Shown here: piece by piece, positions 52,222 through 64,000 of the stretch
Layout of the letters: each line of letters begins with the position of its first letter
Numbering within the stretch: the stretch's first letter is position 1
Origin: Octopus sinensis
Lineage: Eukaryota
Length of the DNA stretch: 64,000 bases
Assembly (NCBI RefSeq): GCF_006345805.1
Contig: NC_043000.1
Coordinates: forward strand, 65,472,001-65,536,000
Reading direction: 5' to 3'
Program-made: the position numbers and the translations under genes
The notes under the pieces: model-generated
What the model saw: only the letters and a program-made list of their open reading frames with translations
What the model was told of the DNA's origin: nothing
Databases searched by the model: none

Positions 52222-53254
52222 TACTACTACTACTACTACTACTACTATTACTACTACTACTACTACTACTACATTGTCCAAAATATCTTTCCTGTTTTAA
52301 GATTATAAGATATGATTTCTGGGATTGCAACAGCTATGTCTAACAAGTCGTAGAGAGTAAGTTACATTTTAAAATCTAACTCCTAAGTATAGGATTTTAC
52401 TAATTACCTACTACTTCTTATTTGTTGAATACTATATACAAACAAATAAAGGCTGAGATTGCAACGCTCACAAGCTTAGAAAAATATGCCAATACTTTCC
52501 AGAAAATTGTGCATGAAATATGATCAAGGTAAAAACTAAAGACCTGCTAAAAAAGAATGCAATGGAAAACTTTTTCTTCGATAAAGGTAATAATGATAAT
52601 TTATCTAGGACATATCTACAAAATAATTTATTGGAGCTTTCCGAATCTGACATTTTTAATACTATTAAAAGTTAAAATCCAAAAAGTTTACCGATTGTGT
52701 TTTTTAATGTCATTTTGAATAACGATTTCGCAAGCCTTCACGGTCTTTGAGACAAAATCACAAACCTTTATGAAACAGACAGACGTACATACCATACACT
52801 CCTTACGAACAATATCATAAATAACTATAACGAAAACTACTCACGCGACGTCACCAGGTTAGAAGAGAAGGAAATAACAGCTAAATATAAATTAAACGTC
52901 AGAACTTAAGCAATAGGTCTCCGTCGTTTTCGGCGATGAGTATTCGGTTACTCAATTGAAATATTTATTTAATGAACTAGCATTAAAGTGGTTGGGCATT
53001 CCCAAAATGCATGTATCTTTAGTGTAATTCTCACGCGAAATCAGCGTGACGAGGTTGAATCTATAAAATGACTGCTGTCATAGACGCGGAAGTGACTGTG
53101 TGGTAAAAAAACTTACTTCCCAACCACATGGTTCTGAGTTCAGTTCCACTGCATAGCAGCTTGGGCAAGTGTCTTCTACAATAGCGTCGGGCCGACTAAA
53201 GCCTTGTGAGAGGATTTGGTTGACGGAAACTGAAAGAAGCCCGTCGTATATATA

Positions 53255-53800
53255 TTCAAGATCAAATCTAACTTTACTTGTGCCTCTGAAAACATAATTT
53301 ATGTCATAAAATGCTCGGGCTGCCACCAAGACTACGTGGGATCCACGGGACTATCACTCAGACGTAGATGCACACTGCATCGACAAAAGATTGCATTCCC
53401 AGAATACAGAATGATACCTTTTAGTGAGCACATTGAGAAATGCGCAAAGCAACTACTACTACTACCACAATTTTTAATCTTTCCTTTTACCAATGTGCTA
53501 TCGGATCATCAACACAAATTAGACTAAACAAGAAACATTCTTCATTGAAAAGTACAAGCCCAGACTTAACCATCCTAACATACTGATACAGAAAATTCAC
53601 ACCAAGGGAAGGAAAACATTTTAAGCGATTATCTCCCTTACACCCGAAGAAATCACTCATTACCTCCCCTTATTTAGAACTCTTTTGAACATAAACATAA
53701 CGATTACCCTATTCAACATAAACATAACGTCGCAAGAAATTTGAAAAGCTAAACGCGAAACCAGTCTTTCTTCTAAATTATGTCATTATAAGAGAAAAAA
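53255..53800 (+). mobile_element. Penelope-like element GIY-YIG endonuclease and 3' region
   Basis: FKIKSNFTCASENIIYVIKCSGCHQDYVGSTG...FFIEKYKPRLN; decayed ribozyme-like GC-TAAAC-GC-GAAACCAGTC near 53745-53768; SINE A inserted at 53085-53254. Confidence 0.85.
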
Positions 53801-53929
53801 TTTTTTTTAATATTCTTCAAAAATTTTTGTAATATTCTTCAGACATATTGACGCAAATATATATTTTTTAACATTTAAGCCTTCTGTAGTTTTTTCACTT
53901 TTTACTATTTTCTATATATAAGTAGCTTG

Positions 53930-54058
53930 CTAACCAACCTCATGGTTCCGGGTTCAGTCCCACTGCGTGGCACCTTGGGCAAGTGTCTTCTGCTATAGCC
54001 CCGGGCCGACCAATGCCTTGTGAGTGGATTTGGTAGACGGAAACTGAAAGAAGCCTGT

Positions 54059-54095
<37 letters not shown>

Positions 54096-54305
54096 TTGTG
54101 TGTCTGTGTTTGTCCCCCTAGCATTGCTTGACAACCGATGCTGGTGTGTTTACGTCCCTGTCACTTAGCGGTTCAGCAAAAAGAGACCGATAGAATAAGT
54201 ACTGGGCTTACAAAGAATAAGTCCCGGGGTCGATTTGTTCGACTAAAGGCGGTGCTCCAGCATGGCCGCAGTCAAATGACTGAAACAAGTAAAAGAGTAA
54301 AGAGT
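53930..54305 (+). mobile_element. SINE family A (young, near consensus)
   Basis: Near-perfect consensus body and tail. Confidence 0.9.
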
Positions 54306-54988
54306 AAAAGAGTATATATATATATATATATATACTCTGACAGCCGAACGATCAAACGCACACACGTACACAAAAAATGTTTTCTACCCCTACGCCAACC
54401 AACACATATATAGAACAGTATACACACACACCACGTCTCTAAGTAGATTTTTTCTCGCCACTTATAAAACATAAATATTCTTTAATAGTCAGAACTTTAT
54501 TCTCGGTCACAAAGAACCTCTATACACCCCTCACCCCATGATTGACCGATGCCTGACCCTTTGAATTCTTCAGCCACCGGTTCTCAACATACACTGATAA
54601 AAGTTTCGCCATGGGCTCTTAGGAGCACAGTTCGATTTGTTTTTTGCTCCGCCTCTGTCTGTTTTTTGTTTTTCCAACGGATTTCCTTTTTTCTTCCTGA
54701 AGAGAAAGACACAATATGGTCCCATTATTCAATCGGATTTTGGTAATTTGTGCCTTTCGAAACACGTGTAGAATGAAATAAAACGATTTCTGTTCAATCT
54801 GCGTTCAGCTCCATTTCTTCAATTCACCAATAATGTTTTAATTTCAATTATCCGCACCAACGCACGGTTGCAACGCCAGATGGTTGTACCTCCAACCGTG
54901 CTGTTTACTGCTGTGATTTTTGCTACTAAGGTATCGGTTAAACTGTTGATTAATCTACTACTAAAGATTATTCATCTTTCTATTTCAC

Positions 54989-55038
<50 letters not shown>

Positions 55039-55208
55039 AATTGAGATAGGGGTTGTAAATGCAACCCTCCTCCATGGGATAACATAGATCCAATATACTG
55101 CTAGTGAAGTACCCAACAAAGTTAATACATAAATGTAATGATTGCGATGCAATCAATTCATTTACTGTATTATAGGGCAAAGGTAAAATGATTTACCACA
55201 AATTACTA

Positions 55209-56097
55209 ATACAAGATAAGAAAATGGAGAAATACATCTAAATCAAATATCAATTACCAGATAATACTCAATCACATACTTTATTAAACCACCACATAAG
55301 AGACTGTAGGGTTAAATATAAAAAGCAGAACAAATCAGTGTACATAAAGGAATGTACATTAAAAAGTGTACATAAAAGAGTAATGTTATATAATAAATAG
55401 AATATATATAAAAGAGAATATAAATATAAGTAAATATAAATATAAGTATAGATTACATCTATTGACTATGTATATTTGCATCTAGGTACTAATTTGTGTA
55501 TGTTTATTATCACAATATTAAGTCGAAAAACTGAGACATGAATGTGTGGAACACATATATATGTTTACTAATTTATATTATTTATTATATCATTATTATG
55601 TATAGTATATTTTTTATATGTATAAGAGTGTGAGTATATGCACTCATATGTAATATGTTATGTCGTATTATGGGTATGCACCCACACCCATGTGGGTATA
55701 TATGTAGACTGATTTATATTACATAATCTCCGAATGGCCTTATGATATTTTTGTAAATGTCTCATTTATATCTATATATTGACCTACCATAAAAGGCTAA
55801 TATTGGTAAAATGAGACATACTTATCTACATGGCCGAAACAGCTGTAAGATGTAATCTATACTTATATTTATATTTACTTATATTTATATTCTCTTTTTA
55901 TATATATTCTACTTATATACAACATTACTCTTTTATGTACACTTTTTCTATGTACATTCCTTTATGTACACTGATTTGTTCTGCTTTTTTATATTTACCC
56001 TACAGCTCTTATGTGGTGGTTTAATAAAGTATTGATTGAGTATTATCTGGTAATGATATTTGATTTAGATGTATTTGTCCATTTTCTTATCTTGTAT
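55209..56097. mobile_element. Inverted-repeat structure, probably Penelope-type pseudo-LTR plus inverted copy
   Basis: 55209-55460 is the reverse-complement of 55848-56097 (~250 bp); hammerhead relic immediately inside the right arm. Confidence 0.75.
55718..55856 (+). ncRNA. Decayed type I hammerhead ribozyme (family 4)
   Basis: Stem I AUUACAU(aau)CU/AGAUGUAAU; core CCGAA-U (CUGAAGA mutated and deleted); stem II GGCC(uu)AUG/CAUGGCC; GAAA 55836-39; palindromic CAGCUG; GUA triplet 55845-47. Confidence 0.65.
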
Positions 56098-56118
56098 ATA
56101 TATATATATAATATATAT

Positions 56119-56139
<21 letters not shown>

Positions 56140-56157
<18 letters not shown>

Positions 56158-58332
56158 TGTATGTATGAGTGAATGTCTTTGTGCCTGTGTTTGTCCCTCA
56201 CTAGACAACTGACGTTGGTGTACTTACGTCCCCGTAACTTAGCGATTTGACAATGAGACCGAGAAAATAAATACTAAGCTTACAAAGAGTTAGTCCAGGG
56301 GTCGATTTCCTCAATTAAAAAGAGAACCTTAAGGCGATGTTCCAGCATGGTCGCAGTCAAATGACTGAAACAAGTAAAAGAATACATCCAGTGAGCTTCC
56401 ACACAGTTTCAGTTTATCTAATGTCACTCACAAAACTTGGTTTTATCGAGGCTGTGATAAAAGACACTTACTGAAGATGTCATGGGATCGAACCCGTGAC
56501 TTCACGATTGCGAGGCAAACTTGTTAAGCAGTTAATAACCATGCAGCACCAATATGTTCCGTCAAAATATATTTAGCTAATCGCAGTCTGTATATTACTT
56601 TCAACGACCATAAAGATAATTTCTCAACAACCTGGGTGTACATCGATAAATCATGTTTCGAATGAGTTTGGTAGTATTAGTAAACATATTTTTGAGTAGA
56701 CTAGTATCGGATAAGCAACCAGCCTATTTTTTTTATTGAATACTAGTACTTCGGTAATTCAAATGTTTAAACGACGTACTTAAATCCTATTACAAATTCG
56801 TACATTTAGACGCAGTTGAATTTTTTTATCCATCGATATATAAGCTGCTACTCCAAAAGTCTTGGATTCAGAAGAGAATTATGCCGATTAGTGATACTGA
56901 TACCAAGAACATCATGTTTACGAGGAAAACTATTCTATTTTTATCATAAATAGGTTGCTAAACCAAATATCTGACATTTCAATATATATAGGTCGTTGAA
57001 TCTAGACGTTTACGACTTTCTACTTCGTTACTCCAGTTTTATGTTTATAAATTTTCCGCGGAGATTGCAATCATACATCACAAGTCATCTTGTCTGTTAG
57101 GGAATCTGAAATTAATATTACAAAAACGCAAGGTTTCATTACAAATAATGCATTCGAATCACTTTGAAATCAAATATCTGTGATAGTCTTAGCGGTATAT
57201 ATGTACACACACATATACTTGCATATATATATATATATATATATATGTTGTGTGTGTGGTGTGTGTGTATGTATGAGTGAATGTCTTTGTGCCTGTGTTT
57301 GTCCCTCACTAGACAACTGACGTTGGTGTACTTACGTCCCCGTAACTTAGCGATTTGACAATGAGACCGAGAAAATAAATACTAAGCTTACAAAGAGTTA
57401 GTCCAGGGGTCGATTTCCTCAATTAAAAAGAGAACCTTAAGGCGATGTTCCAGCATGGTCGCAGTCAAATGACTGAAACAAGTAAAAGAATACATCCAGT
57501 GAGCTTCCACACAGTTTCAGTTTATCTAATGTCACTCACAAAACTTGGTTTTATCGAGGCTGTGATAAAAGACACTTACTGAAGATGTCATGGGATCGAA
57601 CCCGTGACTTCACGATTGCGAGGCAAACTTGTTAAGCAGTTAATAACCATGCAGCACCAATATGTTCCGTCAAAATATATTTAGCTAATCGCAGTCTGTA
57701 TATTACTTTCAACGACCATAAAGATAATTTCTCAACAAACCTGGGGTGTACATCGATAAATCATGTTTCGAATGAGTTTGGTAGTATTAGTAAACATATT
57801 TTTGAGTAGACTAGTATCGGATAAGCAACCAGCCTATTTTTTTTATTGAATACTAGTACTTCGGTAATTCAAATGTTTAAACGACGTACTTAAATCCTAT
57901 TACAAATTCGTACATTTAGACGCAGTTGAATTTTTATCCATCGATATATAAGCTGCTACTCCAAAAGTCTTGGGATTCAGAAAGAGAATTATGCCGATTA
58001 GTGATACTGATACCAAGAACATCATGTTTACGAGGAAAACTATTCTATTTTTATCATAAATAGGTTGCTAAACCAAATATCTGACATTTCAATATATATA
58101 GGTCGTTGAATCTAGACGTTTACGACTTTCTACTTCGTTACTCCAGTTTTATGTTTATAAATTTTCCGCGGAGATTGCAATCATACATCACAAGTCATCT
58201 TGTCTGTTAGGGAATCTGAAATTAATATTACAAAAACGCAAGGTTTCATTACAAATAATGCATTCGAATCACTTTGAAATCAAATATCTGTGATAGTCTT
58301 AGCGGTATATATGTACACACACATATACTTGC

Positions 58333-58356
<24 letters not shown>
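56140..58356. repeat. Near-perfect ~1.11-kb direct tandem duplication
   Basis: ATGTATGAGT at 56161 and 57269 (period 1108); outside the flanking microsatellites the differences I found are five homopolymer-length indels. Confidence 0.95.
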
Positions 58357-58417
<61 letters not shown>

Positions 58418-58547
58418 AGGGAGGCTGATAGAATTGTTAGCTCGCTGGCCAAATGCTTAGCGATATTTCGTCCGTCTTTACGTTCCGAGATAAAAATCTA
58501 CTGATGTCGACTTTGCCTTTCATCCTTTCGTACCAGTTGTGTCACTG

Positions 58548-58848
58548 GACTATCATCTCTTCGGCTCCATGAAAGAGGGTTTGAGAGGCAAACATTATTC
58601 CAGTGACGAGGAAGTTAAAACTGTAGTGAAGAAGTGGCTCTAAGAACAGTCAGCAGAATTTTACGGGGCAGGGATACACGCTCTCATTCGAAGGTGGAAC
58701 ATTGCTATTGAGAGAAATGGTGACTATGTTGAGAAGTAGGGATGTGATCCACAGAGGACCAGCTTCATTTTGATGTATGATACATGTTCCTGTGTTGGTA
58801 ATTATACCTGTCCTAAATAAAATGGCATTACTTTTTGACTTACCCTCG
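58548..58848 (+). mobile_element. Mariner (DD34D) transposase 3' end with TIR
   Basis: DYHLFGSMKEGLRGKHYSSDEEVKTVVKKWL*EQSAEFY...RWNIAIERNGDYVEK*; ends TTTTTGACTTACCCTCG|TA. Confidence 0.92.
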
Positions 58849-59589
58849 TACAAAGTTAAACATAAATGAAGAGCGTTGTAGTTTGCAAGAAGCAATGTGA
58901 TACAGAAGTAAAATAATAATAAACACAGAAAGCTTATTACAATGTGAATGGAGACATTTTTGACGATGGACCTTTGCGCCTGAAACACACAAAGGATATT
59001 TAACTTTCCCTTTCACATTGTAAGAAGCTCTCTATTTTCGTTATTTGTTGTTGTTTTTTTTTTTATTTAAACGAGAAATAATTTTCCGGTGTTCGAGCTT
59101 AATTATTACCAGTATTTATAGCCAACCTCAAAGAAAGCTATCTATATCAACTGCTTCTAGATGATTATTTTTCTTATTTACCAATTTCCCAAATAAACTT
59201 TACTCTGCTACCATTGTAGCTTACCACAATTACTTTGAAACCAATGCGTCATAGATCGAATATGTTATTCTCTTTAACATCAACATCTGCCTCTTAATAC
59301 GTTTAGCAGAGACTATTCCGTTGCTTCCGACTGCAACAAGCCATCGACCGTTATTTCTCTCCTCTTCTCTAACTAGTCAGTGGTGATCTGGAAAAGTAAT
59401 GGATTCTGCTCTATATCCTCCAATACATTAAAAAACAAAGTAAAAAAAAAAAGCATTTAGAATTTATATGTAGTCCCATATTTATGTTACTGGTTTCCCC
59501 TACTTAGCAACGACGATTTCTTCCTAATTTTCTTTAACTGTTTTCGCTCAAGGAGTTAAAAGTTGCCGAGCCAATAGCCTTTTTAGATC

Positions 59590-59900
59590 CTTTTACAATT
59601 TTCTGAAGTGGATTGATATGCGCAGCAGTTGTGGAAGTGATATCGCAATAGGTAGGTAAAGGATCGGTCAGCTGATATTTGCAGTTGACATGGTGCTTCT
59701 TGGCTCATCAGAAGATGATCTCCACCATGCACTATACGGGTTCGCTGCCGAGTGCGGTAAGACAGGGATGAGAATAAGTGTAGCGAAGACTGAGACATTA
59801 GTCCTGTGAAGAAAAGTCTTTCCAGTGCGCTCTGCATGTTAGTGGAGAAAAATGATGGATGGAATGAGTTCAATATAGTCTTTCGGAGGTCAATGGCCAA
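59590..59900 (+). mobile_element. RTE LINE RT fragment
   Basis: IGQLIFAVDMVLLGSSEDDLHHALYGFAAECGKTGMRISVAKTETLVL. Confidence 0.8.
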
Positions 59901-60365
59901 AAGTGAGATACTGGAAAACTGAGAGTTTCAAATGCAACTGAAAAGACAAAAGTAGTGCAATGTTTTGACCGAGCGAAGGGAGTTATTGCTGCCGCTGTTG
60001 TCGTTTAGATTCAGTTCAAAGCTGATCCAGCAGATGCATCAAAATATTCCAGCGATTGCCACCCCATCTTTGTTTTGGACATAATCTACCTCAGACTACA
60101 TTACACATCGTGATTGGTCTGGTTGATGTTTCTAAGAGCTCAATGTGTAGAACCCCTGTGAGACAGTTAAAGATGTAACGAAGAAAGCTGATGACTAGTA
60201 TCACAGCATATATTCTCAACTATGGGAGGAAAATGGAGTGTATATATTAAAATTACTGCTAGTTTATTGCTAATAACCTGAACCACGACATAAGTAGTAG
60301 TAGTAGTAGTAGTAGTATAGTAGTAGTAGTAGTAGTAGTAGCAGCAGCAGCAGCAGCAGCAGCAC

Positions 60366-60413
<48 letters not shown>

Positions 60414-61447
60414 GGTGGTGGTGGTGGTGGTGGTGGTGGTGGTGGTGGTGGAGAAGTAGAGGACGAGAATGATAAAGAAGGAGGTCAAGGGGAAAAGTGT
60501 TAGGAGTAAGGTTATAAAAAAGGGGGAGGAATATGAAGGTAAGAGGAGAGAGGAAAGAGGAGAAAATTGAGTGAGGGGGAAAGATACGCAAATGGAAAGT
60601 AGAAGTGGGAGGAACTGGGAAAAGTGAAAAGGGAGAAAAGGTGCAGTTGTAAGGAAATAAAAGCGGGAAGCGGAAGAGCGAGTAGGCGAAGGGAAAAAGA
60701 TGACGTCGATGTTCTATATACAATGTAAATTCTCTCGTGTTTAATGACGTTCCAGCGTAAAGTCTCTTTCTGTTTAATGATGAAAGAATTTTTAATTAAC
60801 ATGCAATGACCTTGTTCCGCGTCAAAACTCCTACGGCCATATTTATCACTCTCAAAACGAACTCTGTAAATTAGAAGATAAGCTCGCGCTGAGTCAAATC
60901 CGGTTATGGTTCCGGTTGAAGCTATTGTTTCATTTGTATCGAGGGTACTCCTACATTCTTAAACCTTTTTCTGTAAAGAGTTAATCACTGGACTTATTAA
61001 AAATGCTGTCAGAATGAGAAAGAAGAGAGATGGTGGAGAGAACCAAGGTGATATAGAAAATGAATTCATCCTTTGAATCCAGTTTATTTGCGAATGCCAC
61101 AGCACAATCAACCTTCATACAATTTCGAAATATATCTGATTTGTGGTTATTTTTGTTATTTAGCACCGGGTCAGCGCTAATAAAAGTTGTCTAGCCATCT
61201 ATATCCTATGTGCAGGGAACCTAGAACCGCATTATCCAGTTTGTACTTATCAAAAACGGTGAGTTGTGAGCTGAAAAATTTAACTGTTATTTCCAGCTGG
61301 TTGATTAACTACGTACGAGTCACTGATTCGGTAACATTTGAGTAATTAACCTCAGTTAATTTTTGTTTAACGTGTTCAGCTTGTACGTCTACTCACGTAC
61401 ATTGTTATATTATTTACATAGTGATTCATCAACGGCGTAAGTCCATT

Positions 61448-61488
61448 CTTTGCTGATGAGGTCTAATATGACCCAAACATGTTTAGAG
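61448..61488 (+). ncRNA. Minimal hammerhead ribozyme (family 5) with G12C substitution
   Basis: CUUUG-CUGAUGA-GGUC-uaauau-GACC-CAAA-CAUG-UU-UAGAG; all three helices pair, GAAA reads CAAA. Confidence 0.65.
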
Positions 61489-61750
61489 TTGTCTCCTATA
61501 CTCGCTGAATTTATTAGAATAATATTAGTCACTAAATTTTCGTTCTCTCTTCCTACGCATATAATTATTTCTAATTATATTTTTAATGCTTGGCATATTA
61601 AATACGTACATTAGAAATGAAAATTCAGAGTAATGGTAAAGGAGTACAGCATCTGACGGTAAAGGAAAATACAGACGTGGAAAATCCCAGAATCATTGCA
61701 ATTTCTGCATTCGGAAAACACACACATATACACACACAGACACATATGCG

Positions 61751-61782
<32 letters not shown>

Positions 61783-62049
61783 TGTATGTATGTATGTATG
61801 TATGTATGTATGTACAAATGTGTGACTGTATACATACATATACATTTATGTGTTTGTGTGTCTGTGTGTGTGTGTGTGTGTATTTGTCTTTTGTTTTAAC
61901 TATTGATATGCCAATGAAATGATATGAGCATCTTCAACAACAGGCATATATTTTGTGAAATTAGGGTTCGTTCAGCAAGTCGATTTATACATATACCCAA
62001 GGAGTTGACATTTTCCGGTGTTACTGAAATAATACAGATACAAAGTATT

Positions 62050-63290
62050 ATTTCTTATATCATATAATGATATTCCAGCAATAATTCTTCCGGTTAAGCG
62101 TTGGCGGAACAATCGCAATGAAACGAGTTGCTCACTCTATTCTCCATGCTAACGGTGATGTGTGGTATGGTGGTGTAAGGTGTAGTGGTGTGTGGTGTGG
62201 TGTGATGGTGTTGGTAGGTGGGGGAGGCGGGAGTGGGGAAAGCACGGGTGGGGTGTGGGTTAGGCTGGGGTTGGGGGTAGAGGTGGGGTGTGCGTAGGTG
62301 GAGGGTGGGGTATGTGGGAGTGAGTGTAAGGGATGGGGAAAGATAGGGAAGATGGGGTTGGAATGTATAGGGGTGGGGTGGGCTTACGAGGGAGAGGTGA
62401 CGATGAAGGGAGGAAGGAGAAGGTGGGTAGGAGTGAAGAGAAGAGGGAAGGAGAGTAGGAGCAAGAGAGGAGAGGTGGGTGGGAGGATGTATGTGTGAGG
62501 GGGTGAGAGGCGAGGGGAGGAGGTTAGATGAAGAGGGGAGGAGAGTTGAACTCATGTGGCGCAAAGGAGCGAAGAGAGAAGATTAATCCTTGTTCACGGC
62601 GCAAATGGGAGTCCGGATGGCTCCTGTACAAGGACAATCCGAACACGGACAGGTGTTGCAAAGAGTGACCGGTAGAGCAGAAATGGCGCAAGACCGGGAT
62701 GTCATTGCCGAGTCGGATGTCTCGGAGGTGTTCTGCGAACCGGTCAGCCAAGCGGCGTCCCGTTTGCCCGATGTATAGAGAATAGCGGAGAGAGCAGGAG
62801 ATGCAGCAGATGATATTGGTAGAAGGGCAAATGAAGGAGTCGGTGATGTGATAGGGTCGATGATGGGTGCCGGTGAGGAGGGTGGTGTTGGAGAGGTAAG
62901 GGCAAGTGCGGCAGCGTGGATGAGAGTGAATAAGAGAAATTGATTGTTTATAAAATCAAAAGGGGAGATGTTGTATAGTGAAACTGTACACCCCGCCCGG
63001 TAAAAAGGGGTAGTGGCCAACCATTATAAATAGACTAGTAGCCGGTCAACAGGAGAAGGTTAGAAAGGTCGAGAGTACGTGTAGACTGTGTTAGTAGTCG
63101 TATCTGTGATGATATAGTAATTATACTGTGATACTGACTGGTTGTTATAACGATCCAACCCTTCGAGGATAATAACACTGTACGACTCGGGTTCGTACAG
63201 TGCCATGTAGATCCATTCTGTCGACGGTTTCGGAATATAACAATATCTGTCAGAGCGACAACCGTCGTCAAAAGACAGATACAAAAGTGG
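62050..63290 (-). mobile_element. Penelope-like element (RT end, GIY-YIG, C-rich 3' region)
   Basis: CRTCPYLSNTT...SFICPSTNIICCISCS; LYIGQTGRRLADRFAEHLRDIR...REQGLIFSLRSFAPHEFN. Confidence 0.9.
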
Positions 63291-63309
63291 TAAAAGACCG
63301 CTTTACAAC

Positions 63310-63595
63310 AGTCAGTAATATTTTTTCCATTCTATTACTCCTTCAGGTAGACGATGAAGTGTAAGGAATTGCCCGACAATTTGATCTATGTTAATCTGAA
63401 GCCATTTTGATTTCTTCTCAAAACCCTCCCAATTTCTGAATGTACTTTGTTGAGTAAGAGTGAATGATAAATTTTTGAAGCTATAGCTGTAAGAGTGACG
63501 CCTCTGTAGTTCTTTATGAGACTCAAATCACCATTCTTTGGAAATTGGAGTATGCAGCCTTCTGTCCATTTGTCACTTGTAGATCTATAGCCAAA
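63310..63595 (-). mobile_element. RTE-clade LINE RT N-terminal fragment
   Basis: KWTEGCILQFPKNGDLSLIKNYRGVTLTAIASKIY...RRNQNGFR. Confidence 0.85.
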
Positions 63596-63849
63596 AGTAT
63601 GTATGTATGTATGTATGCTCCCTAGCCATGACTTTCGGAGGTTCTGAGATCGGTACGAGAAAGTTATCGAAGATGCTGCATTATGATATTAGTACCGAAT
63701 ACCAAATACGAATTTCATAGTTGCAAAACAACTTTCGTAAACAAACTGCTGTAAACCCGAATATGAAAGCCATTTTATTAACAAGATAATATCTGCAAGT
63801 ATCGGGACACACACGCGCGCGCGCACACACACACGCACACGCACGCACA

Positions 63850-64000
63850 GGCACCCACGTTGGGCTTCAACACAGTTTCCGTCTACCACATTCACTCACA
63901 AAACATTGGTTGCTCAGAGGCTATAGTAGAAAACACTTGCTCAAGGTGCCGCGCGGTGGGGTTGAACCTGGCATCGCGTGGTTACAAAGCGAGCTTCTTA
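63850..64000 (-). mobile_element. SINE family A, cut by window end
   Basis: GGGCTTCAACACAGTTTCCGTCTACCA...GTTGAACCTGG. Confidence 0.75.

Noticed and set aside
54480-54930. Possible Tc1-like transposase N-terminus on the minus strand
   Set aside because: Only vague similarity; no TIR or DDE motif recognised.
60828-60840. CCTACGGCCATA resembling the 5' end of 5S rRNA
   Set aside because: Similarity stops after 12 nt; no internal promoter boxes.

Overview
Eukaryotic, AT-rich, microsatellite- and transposon-saturated genomic DNA; the SINE families and (AT)n/(AC)n/(TATG)n load point to an Octopus genome (inference). The only intact host gene I can support is a 4-exon, minus-strand mitochondrial rRNA methyltransferase 3 (MRM3/RNMTL1, SpoU/SPOUT family; CDS 13707-13421, 9764-9520, 6824-6666, 3175-2616; 1251 nt, 416 aa, all GT-AG, phases consistent). 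The ~50 kb upstream is a transposon graveyard: RTE, R4/Dong, CRE, CR1, Tx1 and Penelope-like retroelements, tRNA-derived SINEs, and Helitron, Tigger, mariner, hAT and probable Chapaev3 remnants. Highlights: several structurally different type I hammerhead ribozyme folds in Penelope-type pseudo-LTRs (one inverted-repeat boundary falls exactly on the predicted self-cleavage site; another sits in a 558-nt retrozyme-like tandem unit); a 33/34-nt copy of the MRM3 exon-3 splice acceptor written into a SINE in intron 3; an RTE with a 5' inversion and a snap-back templated insertion; possible decayed LRR-gene relics; and a 1.1-kb tandem duplication that may be an assembly artefact. All calls come from manual reading and translation; no database search was run, and most repeat boundaries are approximate.
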